Positions 62,976-64,000 of a stretch of 64,000 nt of DNA are shown here, one piece after another. The position numbers were made by a program, and so were the translations under genes. Under the pieces are notes generated by a model. The model was not told the origin of the DNA, did no database searches, and was given only the letters and a program-made list of their open reading frames with translations. Numbering within the stretch: position 1 is the stretch's first letter; the number at the start of each line of letters is the position of its first letter. The DNA is from Nitrospirota bacterium (lineage in GTDB: Bacteria > Nitrospirota > UBA9217), in contig CAVVOB010000015.1 in the NCBI GenBank assembly GCA_963749655.1, positions 32,001 to 96,000 on the forward strand, given 5' to 3'.

Positions 62976-64000
62976 TCAAAGGATCCCAAATCGTTTCATT
63001 CTCCGTCTGAACGCGTCTCGGGGCATCTTCAGCAGCTGGGCTGCTTTCGTCTGGTTGCCGCTTGTCATATCGAGCGCTTTTCGTACCAGTGCGTTTTCGA
63101 CATCCTCGAGGGCCAACCCCGTCTCGGGAATGACGAATCCATCAAGGGAAACAGGGGTGCTCATCGATGATACTTCAGGAGAACGCCCTTCGAGAATTTC
63201 GGGAGAAAGATGTTCCGGTCGGAGCTCGTCGTCGATCTCCAGGATCATCGCCCGTTCGATGACGTTCTTCAACTCCCTCACATTCCCGGGCCAGGAATAG
63301 GTCAGAAGGATCTGTTCCGCCTCCTGCGATATGCCGCGCACATGCTTGTGACACTCCTGGTTGAAATACTCGATGAAATGGTGCGCCAGAAGCAGAATAT
63401 CCCGCCCGCGATCCCTGAGCGGCGGAAGGTTGATCGGCACGACCTGAAGGCGGTAGTAGAGGTCTTTCCGGAAAGTTCCGTCGGTCATGGCCTTTGAAAG
63501 CTCATGGTTCGTAGCCGACACCATCCGGACATCTACTTTGATGTCCTTGACCCCTCCGACCCGCTTAAAGGTCTTCTCCTCCAGCAGCCGGAGCAGTTTG
63601 GCCTGCATGCTCAGGTGCATGTCGCCGATCTCGTCGAGGAATACCGTTCCGCCGTCGGCCAGCTCGAAAAGTCCCTTCTTTGCGTTTTTCGCGTCGGTGA
63701 AAGCGCCTTTTTCGTGGCCCATCAGCTCGCTCTCGAGGAGGTTCACGGGTAAAGCCGCGCAGTTGATCGCCATGAAAGGCTGGTCGCCCCGGGCGCTGCT
63801 GAAATGAATAGCCTTGGCCACCAGCTCCTTGCCCGTTCCGCTTTCTCCCTGGATAAGGACCGTCGTAGCATCGCTCTTTGCTATCTTCAGGATAAGGTTC
63901 TTGATCCGCACCATTTCTTCACATTCGCCGAATATGGCATCTACCCTGCTCCTGCATTCCTGGCGAAGCTGCTTCACCTGAATGCGGAGTGAGCCGGCCT
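62976..64000 (-). CDS. Sigma-54-dependent transcriptional activator (NtrC family), 5'-truncated by window
   Basis: GESGTGKE, GAFTDA, FLDEIG, FRKDLYYRL, WPGNVREL, Fis-type HTH. Confidence 0.93.
   Translation of the reverse strand, partial: AGSLRIQVKQLRQECRSRVDAIFGECEEMVRIKNLILKIAKSDATTVLIQGESGTGKELVAKAIHFSSARGDQPFMAINCAALPVNLLESELMGHEKGAFTDAKNAKKGLFELADGGTVFLDEIGDMHLSMQAKLLRLLEEKTFKRVGGVKDIKVDVRMVSATNHELSKAMTDGTFRKDLYYRLQVVPINLPPLRDRGRDILLLAHHFIEYFNQECHKHVRGISQEAEQILLTYSWPGNVRELKNVIERAMILEIDDELRPEHLSPEILEGRSPEVSSMSTPVSLDGFVIPETGLALEDVENALVRKALDMTSGNQTKAAQLLKMPRDAFRRRMKRFGIL

Noticed and set aside
63690-63720. GAFTDA instead of GAFTGA in the activator as a sign of sigma-54 independence
   Set aside because: GAFTDA is a common natural variant, and sigma-54 promoters are present nearby

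Overview
GC-rich bacterial chromosomal window. Gene content (XrtA/PEP-CTERM-type EPS locus, c7-type and doubled-CxxCH multiheme cytochromes, sigma-54 promoters, CBS-type tRNA nucleotidyltransferase) suggests an anaerobic Nitrospirota/Desulfobacterota-like organism; this is inference. Many genes, including essential pheT, are split by single-base indels, which looks like long-read assembly error, so split ORFs were re-joined by hand. Left to right: an exopolysaccharide export locus (1-9.5 kb), glmS and a PocR-GAF-GGDEF cyclase, a Zn-ribbon repeat protein, tRNA-Arg(CCT), an RpoS-like sigma factor, tRNA-Pro(CGG), envelope genes (rhomboid, PA2779/C39 cassette, DUF3015/DUF4105), a type III PKS with a B12 radical-SAM gene, archaeal-type pheST, queA, a Na/Pi symporter, a nucleotidyltransferase and xerD. 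The standout is 46.5-60.5 kb: a flagellum-free motor cassette made of a natural FliF(RBM3)-TM-FliG(M+C) fusion, MotA, two different MotB proteins (only one keeps the ion-binding Asp) and a periplasmic TPR protein. It is co-oriented with five multiheme cytochromes (about 54 heme motifs) and two NHL proteins. Its two apparent transcription units each carry a sigma-54 promoter and the same upstream palindrome, and a sigma-54 activator gene lies nearby. Intergenic spaces hold many small inverted-repeat elements.
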